Of a stretch of DNA of 24,304 bases, positions 1-9,532 are shown in pieces; position 1 is the first letter of the stretch; every line of letters starts with the position of its first letter. The stretch is from contig JBFXGD010000039.1 in assembly GCA_050178385.1 (NCBI GenBank), positions 1-24,304 of the forward strand. The letters are read 5' to 3'. The notes beneath the pieces were generated by a model. The model did no database searches and was not told where the DNA came from. It was given only the letters and a program-made list of their open reading frames with translations. The position numbers were made by a program, and so were the translations under genes. The stretch is from Calditrichaceae bacterium. GTDB lineage: Bacteria > Calditrichota > Calditrichia > Calditrichales > JBFXGD01.

Positions 1-80
1 TCATCATATGTCCAGTCAGAGGCAATACAAAGATCGTAATATTTCTGATCAGCGCTCTTGTTGTTTTTGACAAAATTCAA
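1..80 (-). CDS. 5' end of a hypothetical protein running off the left edge (not in ORF track)
   Basis: TTG start at 80-78 with AGGA (86-89) 5 nt upstream. The frame is open to the window edge (MNFVKNNKSADQKYYDLCIASDWTYD...). It lies 48 bp after the MscS-domain gene on the same strand. Confidence 0.5.
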   Translation of the reverse strand, partial: MNFVKNNKSADQKYYDLCIASDWTYD

Positions 81-128
81 TTTATTCCTGAATATATAAT
101 ATTTCTGTCTCTATGTTATATGCCGGAA

Positions 129-887
129 TCAGTTTTTTATCAATAATAATCCGGCTTCCGCGGCGGCGGATTTTACATCATTTTCGATGTGTCTGAAAAA
201 CTCCTTGCTGATAGAATAAACAAATATCTCAAATACAAATTGATTTTCGTTTTCATCAAGCAACTGTATTTGCGGTTCTTTTGTTAACAATGTCCATGGT
301 GAATTTAATATGATCTGCCGAAGGTATTCAACATTTTCTTTCAGGCCGTATGTCCTGGTTGTTTCGATTTCGAAGCGGTGATGATTGGAATGTTCTTCGG
401 GATCGCTGATTGAATGGATCATCCCCGTTATTTTGCTGTATGGGAACTTTATTATTTCACCGCTCTCGATTTCAATCTGCAAAGACAAATATCCGATGCT
501 TTTTAATCGGCCCTCAAATTCGGCGATTTTTATCCATTGTCCCGATTCATATACATCCTGCGCTTTAAAGATGATCCCCGCGACAAAATCACGGACCGCA
601 AACCAGGATATCCATACAAGAGCGATCAGAATGATAAGAATAAGGGCCACAGAATAATATAAACGGTCTTTAAAAATCTGATTGATACTCCATAGAACAA
701 AAAGAAGCCAGACAACCGTTTCCAGAATCGGATAATAACGCTGAAAATATAACCGGTAGATTCTTTTTACAAATACAACTTTTGCAATCCGCTCAAATAG
801 TTTAAGAATAAGAAAGAGAGCAATCGCCAATATCAGAACTTTTATGATGGCGAACTGAGAGAGCGGGAGCTCAAATATCTGTTTCAT
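129..887 (-). CDS. Mechanosensitive ion channel (MscS-family) domain protein, 252 aa
   Basis: Three N-terminal hydrophobic segments, then 'RDFVAGIIF...YESGQWIKIAEFEGRLKSIGYLSLQIEIESGEIIKFPYSKI', which matches the MscS TM3/beta-domain pattern. ATGA overlap with the upstream gene. Confidence 0.8.
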   Translation of the reverse strand: MKQIFELPLSQFAIIKVLILAIALFLILKLFERIAKVVFVKRIYRLYFQRYYPILETVVWLLFVLWSINQIFKDRLYYSVALILIILIALVWISWFAVRDFVAGIIFKAQDVYESGQWIKIAEFEGRLKSIGYLSLQIEIESGEIIKFPYSKITGMIHSISDPEEHSNHHRFEIETTRTYGLKENVEYLRQIILNSPWTLLTKEPQIQLLDENENQFVFEIFVYSISKEFFRHIENDVKSAAAEAGLLLIKN

Positions 888-3800
888 AATATCTCCATTT
901 CTATAAATTTCCGTATTATAAACGGTTGGAGATACTGATTGAGTTCAAGATGATTCGTCTGAATCTCCGTTACTAATCCCGATCGTTTAAAAAGTTCGAT
1001 CTGGGTTCGGACTTTTTCCGGATCCAGGCTGAATATTCTCCCAAGCTTCTCGATGGTCAGCCGTTTATGAATAATAAACTGAATAAGCCATACCAGCCAG
1101 TCCGGTTCGAGTTTGTGCAATTCGTCCGAATCAGGTCGCTCCGGTTCACGAAGTGTGAGTACGTTACCAGCGACGCTTTCGATATGACTGAACCAACCCT
1201 GTAAGGCTGTGCCGATATTACCATCGGAATAAACGAAAAATTTATTGAAATACCGCACAAGTTTGAATTCCGATATATTGTCTTCAAAATGGCCGTTCAG
1301 TTGAAATTTGAATCCTGTTGACCGGTGACGCATAAGAAGCGCCTCTTTGATATCCTCGGTGTCAAAAGGGGTGCATTCGATAATGCTGATAAAATGATTG
1401 TCAATCCGTTTCATTCGGTTGATAAAACGAAAACTATAGGTATTTGTATTCACAATAAACAGGTGCCGGCGGCCAAATCTCTCAATCAGAGTCATGATCT
1501 GATCAACCAAAGCAAATCCATTGTTACTGCGTTCCCACCATAATTCGAGATCATTAAAAATAAATACACTACCCGCGGGCATGGCATCAAAAATTTCTGC
1601 CGGTTCGCCGTTACTTTGTAATATGCTGTTCAGGTGAGCCTTGAATACATCCGGTTCAATGCTGCCTGTTTCCGGCGGAAAGATATGGAACACTTTATCC
1701 TTGTCGAAAAATTTCGTCGCGATAGCGTTGGAAAGGCTCGATTTCCCCGCGTCAGGCGCCCCGGTTATGAGAATGCCTCCGCTGAATCCCTGTTTGTACC
1801 TGCTTACCGCCTTTTCCGCTGTTTTCATTTCAGCGGCGCGGTTGATTCTGAATTCACGTCCGATGAAGTGTTTGCCGATAAATAATTGTTTATAGTAAAA
1901 CGGAAGAGACTTGAGAACAGACGGAGGCGGGGATACCTTTTCAACCATATTTAACACTGTGCTGATTCTTCCGGGGTATGCAAACTCTTTCTCTGTAAAT
2001 TTCCGGGCAAACAGAACCCCTTCGCTTTGACTGTAAAGCAATCTGACCAATGTATCTCTGAATGTTTTCTTTACGGTTTCTCTTACAGCCTGGACCTGAG
2101 ACAGGACTTTTCGGCTTTCCTCCTGCCTGATATACTGACCCAGGTGACCAATCTCACGCGTGACAAGATAAGGGTTCATGGATGAGAAGGTTTTTGTCAA
2201 ATGTGTCCATAATGAAACTTCCATTTTTTGAATTTGTGCGGATATCCTTTCCCTCTCACTGATTATTCTAAGATTACTTTTTTCAATGATCGTATCGATG
2301 GGGTCATGCATATCATCAATTCCGGTCTCCTCTGATGACCGGGATGAAGAAATATTAAAAGAGATCAGCCGGACAACATCCCTGGCAGTGCCGACGGCTT
2401 GTCTGAAAACTCCGGGAAGTGATGAGATCTCCTTTCTGAACGGTGTCAGAAAATCTTTCTCAACCAGGTAGTCCATAAGGCGCTGCAGGTAAATCGAAAT
2501 CACTTCGGTATCATCGAATTGATTGATTTCGATATTCTGAAAAGAACCTTCGGTGATGATATCTACTGTTTCCGGGATCTCATCGATCGCGCTCCTGATA
2601 TCTGAAACCAGTTCTTCAATAATTGATCTGTTATCTATAATTTCTTCAGGATTGAGTGCCCAGGCTGTCAAAACTCTTGTCTCAGGTTTCTTAGTGCTTT
2701 TAATGTTGTTAATATCCGATTCCAGCCCTGAAAGAGCGGCAATAAGCTTGTTCTCCACAGATACCCGGAGTTCAGAAATCTGTTTTGTAACGATGATCCT
2801 GAATCTGTATTGCAAAGCCATCAGGATTAAATCCATTAATGTGAAATTTACAATTAAATCTTTGTTTTTTGCTAAAAATGACGGAGCGGCAAGGATATTT
2901 TCTTTTATTTCCAGATCGGATTTGGATATCTTAAATTTTTTCTTAAGACGCCGGCCGGCATCTATTGGAATTGAATTGGTAATAATATTCTGCATCATCA
3001 CACGATTCTGAAGCAGCAGCTCCATCCTGAAATCGCTAAATTGCTGCTCTGACCGCGTAATTAAATCCTGTAATTGTTTTAATGTTTTTGATTTTTCGTC
3101 ATTAATAAAATTCTCATCCAATTGTCTGTTGTTCGCCATATCTTCAATCGTGTTTAAGGAATCTCTGACCCGGTTGAAAAATTTTTGTAAATCTGATGTC
3201 CGGCGGTAGCTTTCAATACCTGCTTTATCAAGCTGAGAATATAATTTCTTAAGAAAAACGGTTAAGATATGATATTCTACAAGTGATTTCAGGTCTATGT
3301 TAAGAACAATTGGTTTCTTTGTTAAACGGTGCCTGAATCGTTTTCTGAATTTCATCATATGGATTTGAAATGAATCATCTGCGGACGCTTTAAGTTCGAA
3401 TGGCTCAAACGTAACTCCAACTCTGTGGGGGACATTTTCTGTCAGTGTGTCTAATTGTTTGAGAAAAATATCAAGTCCCTGTTCAAGATTCTCTTTTTGT
3501 TCTGTCGGAATTTCTGATTTAAATTCTTCAAGCAGCCGACGTGAATGGAATAAATAATCGCTCTGAACACGCATTAATAATTTTTGAAAACGGAGAGGCT
3601 TATTTTCAGTAAATCCGTTTTCGATGCTGATAAAATATCGTTCGATAGAATTATTAAGTTTTGAAAGAAACCGGATCTCTGAATCCGAAAAATTTTTAAA
3701 ATAGGCGCTGAAATATTCATCGATTTCTTTTTCAAGTTGATCGGAAATGCCCGATATGGTTTTTGAGAGAAGTCCGCTTTCCGGAAGGACGAGTTCGGGT

Positions 3801-6025
3801 AGATTAAATTTTTCTTCGGCAGGGGGTTCATGATCCTGCGCGACGGGGATTGTCCTTTCGATACCGATGAACAGTGGTTTAAAAAATGAAGCCGCCTGGA
3901 TAAGAAGTACCGTTCCGACAGTATCCAGAAGTGAATTCGTTTTCGAAACAAAATCATCGATATTTTTATCACTCAGACCGGGAATTCCTAAGATCGATAA
4001 ATCAGCATCAACGGATTCCACCTTGATAATTTCTTCAAACGGACGTTTTTCAATGGCGTTATTTATGACTTTAACCTTTGCGTCCAAACGCTCTTCTTCT
4101 AAAATCAAATTCATGTTTTTATAGACTTTGTTGATCAGAGCGCTGTCGTCGACGACAATTAAAATGCGGACGCGGGCATCATGCCATTCTTCCGCGGAAA
4201 GCAGAAATTTTGCCATTGTCATGGCAAGCGCGGCGTTATTGCTTCCCCCTCGCCACCAGATATCAATGTTTTCTTTTTTCCCGAAACCGACATCCTTATC
4301 ATAGTCAAGAATAAGCACATTATAATCAAGCTCGCTGAATTCATTTATCAGTTCAGCAAATCTATCCGGATTATTAGAATTCCTTGCCCATCCCATCATG
4401 ATAGAATTGGGGTCGATGCCCGAAAAGCCGTAAATCTTGGAGATGGTTTCTATTCCCTCGTAAATATTCTGACATTCTATACGTCTCCTGAAAACACCGA
4501 AAAATTCTTCATCAGTTTCTTTTATGTCTTGTCCCATTTTTGGAAAGAGGGCTTTAGCTTTAGTATTCTCGACAAGATCAAAATTGGAGAGTATACCACG
4601 TTTATGAACAAGCCATTGACCAAATTCCACCAGTTGCGGACGAGCACCGGTACCGCCGCTGAATAAAATAATATTCGGGCGCCAGTTTCTCGCGTGACGG
4701 TCAGACCGGTTTAGTTTTTGAAGTCCGGTTCGAACCATGGATGACCAGACTCCCTCCCATGTATCACCGGATTCAAGAGTCAGTTCACGCCTTTTTAATG
4801 TAATAAAAATCAACCCCAGGAGGAGCGAGGCGACGACAAGAGCGATTACATCCAGCTCTATCATGACCAGGAACGCGGCAGCGGAACCGATTATGCTTAT
4901 CCAGGTGGGCACTTTAAAAGATGGCCTGAAGTCAGAGCTTGCCCAGTTTTCAATCGCGCAGCTTAAATTTAAAAAGCCATATGTCGTGATGAAGAACATT
5001 GAGACAATTCTCGCTATTAAATTCAGCTCACCCAAAAGGATACCCGCCTCGGCGAGAATAAATGTAAATAAGAGCGCGTTTCGAGGCTCATTATCCTTGC
5101 CATATCCCTTCTCAAAGAACTTTGGCGTGATTCGGTCAACCGATGTGGCCTGAAGAATACGGGGCGCGCCAAGGATGCTTCCGAGTGCTGACGAAATTGT
5201 CGCTCCCCAGATGCCCGCGAGCACGAGCGGGGAAAATATTGATATTTCAAGAAGAATATTTGGATTATTCACAAGCGATTCCGCATCTACCCGGTATGCT
5301 AGAAAAATAGTCAAAATAATATAAACGACCAATCCTGTTACTACAGCTGTGATCGTTCCGCCCGGGATAGATTTTTTGGGATCTTTCAAATCACCCGACA
5401 TTGAGACACCAGCTTCAAACCCCGTTACGGCAGGGAAGAAGATTCCAAAAAGTACCATCAGAGGGGCGCTGTTTTCTAAAGAATTGAGTACGGGAAGAGC
5501 CGGCGCGGAAGAATTGCCGCCTAAAAATATTGATGCCAGTGAAAGCAGCATCAAGGTCATGATAATATACTGTGTTTTAATCGCCAGTGAGGTGCTTATA
5601 AATGTAATAACTGTGATGCTGACGAGCGCGATGGTCCCGGCCAGTCTTATTGTGTTTTTTGTAACTTCTATACCTATAAATCCGAGAAAACTCTCTGAGA
5701 AACCAATGATGTATAAACTAACGCTCAGGGAAAGCCCGACAAACAGGGCGATTCCAAGCGTTCCTCCGATCGGGAGACCCAGGCTTCGCGACAGGAGATA
5801 GTAATTTCCTCCGCCCTTTACCTTTTTATCGGTGGCGATAGAGGAAATACTTAACCCGGTTGTTACCGAGATAAGGTGAGCAATCAGAATAATCCCAAGA
5901 GTTGTGTATAGACCTGCCTGCCCGAGTATCCAGGGGAGACGGAGGTACATGATCACCCCGAGAATAGTCAGGATAGAAGGCGTAAAAACACCTCCAAAAG
6001 CTCCGAATTTTTTTGCAGTTGCCAT
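884..6025 (-). CDS. SLC12/cation-chloride cotransporter-like APC permease fused to a helical region, P-loop NTPase and putative C-terminal winged helix, 1713 aa
   Basis: CCC motifs GVFTPSILTILGVIMYLRLPW, GGGNYYLLSRSLG, FFPAVTG..AG..MSGDLKDP..SIP.GT, NWRPNI and IDIWW (aa 587). Walker A GAPDAGKS at aa 1422-1429 (nt 1762-1739). Walker-B-like VFIFND. SD GGAG upstream. Confidence 0.85.
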   Translation of the reverse strand: MATAKKFGAFGGVFTPSILTILGVIMYLRLPWILGQAGLYTTLGIILIAHLISVTTGLSISSIATDKKVKGGGNYYLLSRSLGLPIGGTLGIALFVGLSLSVSLYIIGFSESFLGFIGIEVTKNTIRLAGTIALVSITVITFISTSLAIKTQYIIMTLMLLSLASIFLGGNSSAPALPVLNSLENSAPLMVLFGIFFPAVTGFEAGVSMSGDLKDPKKSIPGGTITAVVTGLVVYIILTIFLAYRVDAESLVNNPNILLEISIFSPLVLAGIWGATISSALGSILGAPRILQATSVDRITPKFFEKGYGKDNEPRNALLFTFILAEAGILLGELNLIARIVSMFFITTYGFLNLSCAIENWASSDFRPSFKVPTWISIIGSAAAFLVMIELDVIALVVASLLLGLIFITLKRRELTLESGDTWEGVWSSMVRTGLQKLNRSDRHARNWRPNIILFSGGTGARPQLVEFGQWLVHKRGILSNFDLVENTKAKALFPKMGQDIKETDEEFFGVFRRRIECQNIYEGIETISKIYGFSGIDPNSIMMGWARNSNNPDRFAELINEFSELDYNVLILDYDKDVGFGKKENIDIWWRGGSNNAALAMTMAKFLLSAEEWHDARVRILIVVDDSALINKVYKNMNLILEEERLDAKVKVINNAIEKRPFEEIIKVESVDADLSILGIPGLSDKNIDDFVSKTNSLLDTVGTVLLIQAASFFKPLFIGIERTIPVAQDHEPPAEEKFNLPELVLPESGLLSKTISGISDQLEKEIDEYFSAYFKNFSDSEIRFLSKLNNSIERYFISIENGFTENKPLRFQKLLMRVQSDYLFHSRRLLEEFKSEIPTEQKENLEQGLDIFLKQLDTLTENVPHRVGVTFEPFELKASADDSFQIHMMKFRKRFRHRLTKKPIVLNIDLKSLVEYHILTVFLKKLYSQLDKAGIESYRRTSDLQKFFNRVRDSLNTIEDMANNRQLDENFINDEKSKTLKQLQDLITRSEQQFSDFRMELLLQNRVMMQNIITNSIPIDAGRRLKKKFKISKSDLEIKENILAAPSFLAKNKDLIVNFTLMDLILMALQYRFRIIVTKQISELRVSVENKLIAALSGLESDINNIKSTKKPETRVLTAWALNPEEIIDNRSIIEELVSDIRSAIDEIPETVDIITEGSFQNIEINQFDDTEVISIYLQRLMDYLVEKDFLTPFRKEISSLPGVFRQAVGTARDVVRLISFNISSSRSSEETGIDDMHDPIDTIIEKSNLRIISERERISAQIQKMEVSLWTHLTKTFSSMNPYLVTREIGHLGQYIRQEESRKVLSQVQAVRETVKKTFRDTLVRLLYSQSEGVLFARKFTEKEFAYPGRISTVLNMVEKVSPPPSVLKSLPFYYKQLFIGKHFIGREFRINRAAEMKTAEKAVSRYKQGFSGGILITGAPDAGKSSLSNAIATKFFDKDKVFHIFPPETGSIEPDVFKAHLNSILQSNGEPAEIFDAMPAGSVFIFNDLELWWERSNNGFALVDQIMTLIERFGRRHLFIVNTNTYSFRFINRMKRIDNHFISIIECTPFDTEDIKEALLMRHRSTGFKFQLNGHFEDNISEFKLVRYFNKFFVYSDGNIGTALQGWFSHIESVAGNVLTLREPERPDSDELHKLEPDWLVWLIQFIIHKRLTIEKLGRIFSLDPEKVRTQIELFKRSGLVTEIQTNHLELNQYLQPFIIRKFIEMEIL

Positions 6026-6119
6026 TCAAGTTCTCCGGGAAGATAATTGTCAAAAAATCTTATTTTGATATTCCGATAAAATTCTTTTCTGATCTCTAAT
6101 AATTTTATTTTGGCAGGTT

Positions 6120-6147
6120 GTTATATCGCTCAGACCGTTAGTGTCAA
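6120..6147 (-). promoter_or_regulatory. Candidate sigma70 promoter for the permease-MscS operon
   Basis: Minus strand TTGACA (6147-6142), 16-nt spacer, TATAAC (6125-6120), about 95 nt upstream of the start codon. Confidence 0.4.
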
Positions 6148-6432
6148 CCAACCGGTAAAAATATCAGGATGTCGTTTCATATTAACTTTTGCAGGCAATC
6201 CTATTCTTGTTTTACGGTGATGCTTACGATCTTGTTTTTAAACTAATTTTTAGCCTGTAATATTTACTATTTATCAAATGACGGGATTCAGTATTCAATT
6301 TAAGTATATTTTTGAGAAAACTTCAGAATTTTTTATAAAAATATTATGGTTGAATAAAAAGTATTTTAAAGGCAAGGTGTTGGTCTGTGACCCGGCTGAT
6401 TATATAAAATCGGCTATCGCCGAATCCATTAC

Positions 6433-7611
6433 TCAAAGCAGAAAAAATGTCATTATAAAAGTCATAAATGCCAGTCCCGCTCCGCTGAAGTATGCCGCAT
6501 CGATTCCCCATAGGCTGAAAAATATACCTATGATTAAAGGTCCTGTTGTCTGGCCGAGACGGAGGACCATCCCGTTAATAGACATAAATGCCGCGCGGTG
6601 TTCGATCGGGGCAAGACCGGCGAGCATCGTCTGAATGCTGGGCAGGTTTAAACCTTGGGCGATTCCAAATATAATAGTGGGTATTATTAACAGATAAATA
6701 TTGGATATATAAGGGATGGAAAGGAGTGCCACAGTGTATAGGATGAAGGCCCCTTTGATAAGTTGTTTTTCAGAATATTTTTTTGAGAGTTTTCCGAGTT
6801 GAGAAGATGTGATGGCTGTGCTGACTGACATTATGGACATAATAATTCCGATTACAAGAGAGGATGCTTTAAATTTGAAAGAGATTAAAAGCGGATAAAA
6901 AGTCAGATATGATCCATAAATCAGAATAAAAGTGATAACACTAAGGATAAACAGGATCAGAACCTGTTTCTTTTTTACACTCTTAAAAATACTGGATAAA
7001 TAATTATTAAATGATTGGGAAAGTTTTGGTTCGGGATTATTCAAGCCGAATATCACAAGCAGTCCGACCGGGATCGCCATGACAGGAAGAAGAAATGGGT
7101 AATTCCAGCCAAACAGGGCAAGCGCCCCTCCAATCGCCGGATAGGATGCCGTACCGATGCTAAGAACGCTGGCGTTATAACCCATCGCCGCCGACCGTTC
7201 CTTGCCGGTAAATAAATCACCGATAAGAGTGACATTAAGAGCGCCCAGAGACGCGGCTCCCATTCCCTGAATTGTTCTCATTAAAAGGAGCAGATTAAAA
7301 TCGTTGATAAAAGCGCAGCTAAATCCCGATATCCCGAACAAAAAGAGTGAAGGAATAATTATTCTTTTTCGCCCCAACCGGTCCGCCAAAATACCGAATA
7401 CCGGGGCAAGTATAATTCCGGGGAACGTAAAAACGGTTATTAACAATCCGATCTGGTGGGAAGAGATTTTAAAATGGTCGATCATCCTGGGAAAAGCAGG
7501 TGTGATACTGGCCACACCCATTACGGCGATAAGAGTAATGGAATAAATGACCTGAAGATTTTTATTAAAAAAAAGATGACGCTGTTGTGCCTGATGGTTA
7601 TTTTCGCTCAT
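6433..7611 (-). CDS. MFS transporter (DHA1-like drug/metabolite:H+ antiporter), 392 aa
   Basis: About 12 hydrophobic segments, MFS motif A 'GILADRLGRKR', 'RTIQGMG' and 'G...YPAIGG'. Confidence 0.9.
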   Translation of the reverse strand: MSENNHQAQQRHLFFNKNLQVIYSITLIAVMGVASITPAFPRMIDHFKISSHQIGLLITVFTFPGIILAPVFGILADRLGRKRIIIPSLFLFGISGFSCAFINDFNLLLLMRTIQGMGAASLGALNVTLIGDLFTGKERSAAMGYNASVLSIGTASYPAIGGALALFGWNYPFLLPVMAIPVGLLVIFGLNNPEPKLSQSFNNYLSSIFKSVKKKQVLILFILSVITFILIYGSYLTFYPLLISFKFKASSLVIGIIMSIMSVSTAITSSQLGKLSKKYSEKQLIKGAFILYTVALLSIPYISNIYLLIIPTIIFGIAQGLNLPSIQTMLAGLAPIEHRAAFMSINGMVLRLGQTTGPLIIGIFFSLWGIDAAYFSGAGLAFMTFIMTFFLL

Positions 7612-7708
7612 GTCTGTTTAACCCAGTCTCCGGGAATGATATAATTGCTTCTGAAGCCGGAACGATTCATAAATGTTCTAATTTAATCAAAAGCAGAATA
7701 AACTAAAA

Positions 7709-7737
7709 ATAATATTGGGAACCTCAAGTTTTATCAA
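7709..7737 (-). promoter_or_regulatory. Candidate sigma70 promoter for the MFS gene
   Basis: Minus strand TTGATA (7737-7732), 17-nt spacer, TATTAT (7714-7709), about 100 nt upstream of the ATG. Confidence 0.5.
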
Positions 7738-8066
7738 TCGTATGATCATTTTCTTAATAAAAAAATGTAAATGCGGAAGAATCTTGCCGGGCAAATATAT
7801 TTAAAATCATATTGCATTGAAAAATTTGGATATTTATCTTCTACAAGAATGTAGTTATTTGTGGGCAAAAAGAATATATTGATGAAATTTTTCGAGTTAA
7901 AAACCTGTCCGGCTGGTATCGGTATCACAATGTCGGTCGCTGCAGGAATAAAATTTAAGTGTTTTAAGATATTGATATATATAAAATTAGAAAAAATAAT
8001 TTCTTTCACATATTATCAGACTAATCACTATAATTATTAATTTGTTAAAAAAATCAGAAAGGGGTA

Positions 8067-8095
8067 TTGACAAATGATAATATGCAATATATATT
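8067..8095 (+). promoter_or_regulatory. Sigma70 promoter of the tolC-MFP-RND operon
   Basis: TTGACA (8067-8072), 17-nt spacer, TATATT (8090-8095). Confidence 0.75.
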
Positions 8096-8097
8096 TG

Positions 8098-8115
8098 TTA
8101 GTGAACGATAACTAA
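8098..8115. promoter_or_regulatory. Putative TetR operator, copy 1
   Basis: TTAGTgaacgataACTAA, 2 nt downstream of the -10 box and covering the predicted start site. Confidence 0.7.
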
Positions 8116-8167
8116 TATAAATTATTCAACGATTTTAGATTAAAAATATAAACAATTAGAGGGTAAT

Positions 8168-9532
8168 ATGGTACGGATGAATCGAACGATTAGGACAGTG
8201 ATTGCGGGAGCTGCAATTTTTATTGCTTCTACCGGTGCGCTGAGCGCGTCTGACACCCCGGTTGGCATGAATCTGTCGACAGCACTTAATCTGGCGCTGG
8301 AGCAGAATCCTTATTATAGCTCTGCGAAAGGGGTGAGCAGGGCCGCGCATGCAGATGTATGGGACGCGAGAAGTGGTTTTTTACCAAAACTGCGGGCGAA
8401 TGCGGGATACACCCATTACGAAAAACCGGGTACGGTTACACCGATTCATGAGGCCGGCATATTTCCGGAACTGGATGATGAAATATATAAAGCATCGGTT
8501 GAATTATCCATGTCCATATTTAGCGGGGGCAGGACATTAGCCGAAACAAAAGCCGCTAAAGCCGGTGCCCGGGAGAAGGATATCAATGAAGAATCGGTTA
8601 GACTGAATATCATACACAGTGTCGCGAGTGTCTATATCAACGCTCAGGAAATTACTGATAAAGAAGCTCTGGTTGGTGCTCACCTGGAGATTCTAAGACA
8701 GAGATACAATGAATTTAAGCTGCTTTTTGACGAGGGCAGAATTTCTTATGCCGATATAGCTCTATTACAAGCTTCGCTTGAATCTGTTCAGGCTGATAGC
8801 CTTGACATAGAGTCGAAAGGATATGAACTGAATGTTAATCTTGGACAGCTGGTCGGCGGACATGATCCGGTTCAGCCGCTTATTATGGATATGAAGGGTC
8901 ATACATCGGAAAATGACGCGCTGTCAGTATTATTGCCGGATACCAGCTTAATATATTCTGATTATGCCGGTCCTGAAGTGCGCCGCGCGCATGCTCAGTT
9001 GGGTAAATCTGAGGCTATGCTTTCACTTACCAAGAGAAGTTTCCTTCCTGAAATAGGCGGATTTGCGGCTTATAACTACTACTCGCCGTCGGAAATTGAT
9101 ATTTCGGATGAATGGGTAGCGGGTATCACGCTTAGCGTACCACTGTTTGAAGGCGGCAGCAGAATTGCAAAAGTAAAATCGGCAAAAGCGTATACGGTTT
9201 CAGCAAAAGAAAATTTAAAAGCCGCTCAACAAACCCAGACAGCTTTGTTGAAAATTGCCTATGACCGATGGAAAAGCGCAAAAGTTAGAAGGCAATATCT
9301 ATCAAAAGCGGTTGAGCATAAGCTGACATCCGTGACTGCTCAAAGAAAAATTTATGAAAACGGCAGAATCTCTCTCAGCGAGCTGCTGACACAGGAAACA
9401 GAATTATTGGATTTACAAATGCAGGAAAAAGAATTGATATATGCGGAATTGATGGCCATCCTGGATTATCATTCTACCGCTGGAACATTAAATGTGGAAA
9501 ATGTAAAAATGCTATTAGGGAGTGAGTCATGA
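8168..9532 (+). CDS. TolC-family outer membrane efflux protein, 454 aa
   Basis: Signal peptide ending ALSA; 'LSTALNLALEQNP', 'RSGFLPKL', 'RSFLPEI', 'LSVPLFEGG' and 'YENGRISLSELL', typical of the two outer-membrane-efflux repeats. First gene of the tripartite pump. Confidence 0.9.
   Translation: MVRMNRTIRTVIAGAAIFIASTGALSASDTPVGMNLSTALNLALEQNPYYSSAKGVSRAAHADVWDARSGFLPKLRANAGYTHYEKPGTVTPIHEAGIFPELDDEIYKASVELSMSIFSGGRTLAETKAAKAGAREKDINEESVRLNIIHSVASVYINAQEITDKEALVGAHLEILRQRYNEFKLLFDEGRISYADIALLQASLESVQADSLDIESKGYELNVNLGQLVGGHDPVQPLIMDMKGHTSENDALSVLLPDTSLIYSDYAGPEVRRAHAQLGKSEAMLSLTKRSFLPEIGGFAAYNYYSPSEIDISDEWVAGITLSVPLFEGGSRIAKVKSAKAYTVSAKENLKAAQQTQTALLKIAYDRWKSAKVRRQYLSKAVEHKLTSVTAQRKIYENGRISLSELLTQETELLDLQMQEKELIYAELMAILDYHSTAGTLNVENVKMLLGSES

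Noticed and set aside
385..5801. Many plus-strand and alternate-frame ORFs of 60-161 aa within the permease and MscS genes
   Set aside because: They are antisense or frame shadows of well-supported long CDSs and carry no motifs.
30..6233. 10-bp inverted match AAGATCGTAA (30-39 and 6224-6233) flanking the permease-MscS pair
   Set aside because: Too short, with no transposase or target-site duplication; compatible with chance.
6278..6634. 118-aa plus-strand ORF
   Set aside because: It overlaps the MFS 3' end in antisense and otherwise lies in AT-rich spacer.
7746..8009. 87-aa minus-strand ORF in the MFS-tolC intergenic region
   Set aside because: GTG start with no SD, an I/F/N/K-rich composition typical of AT-rich non-coding DNA, and no motif.
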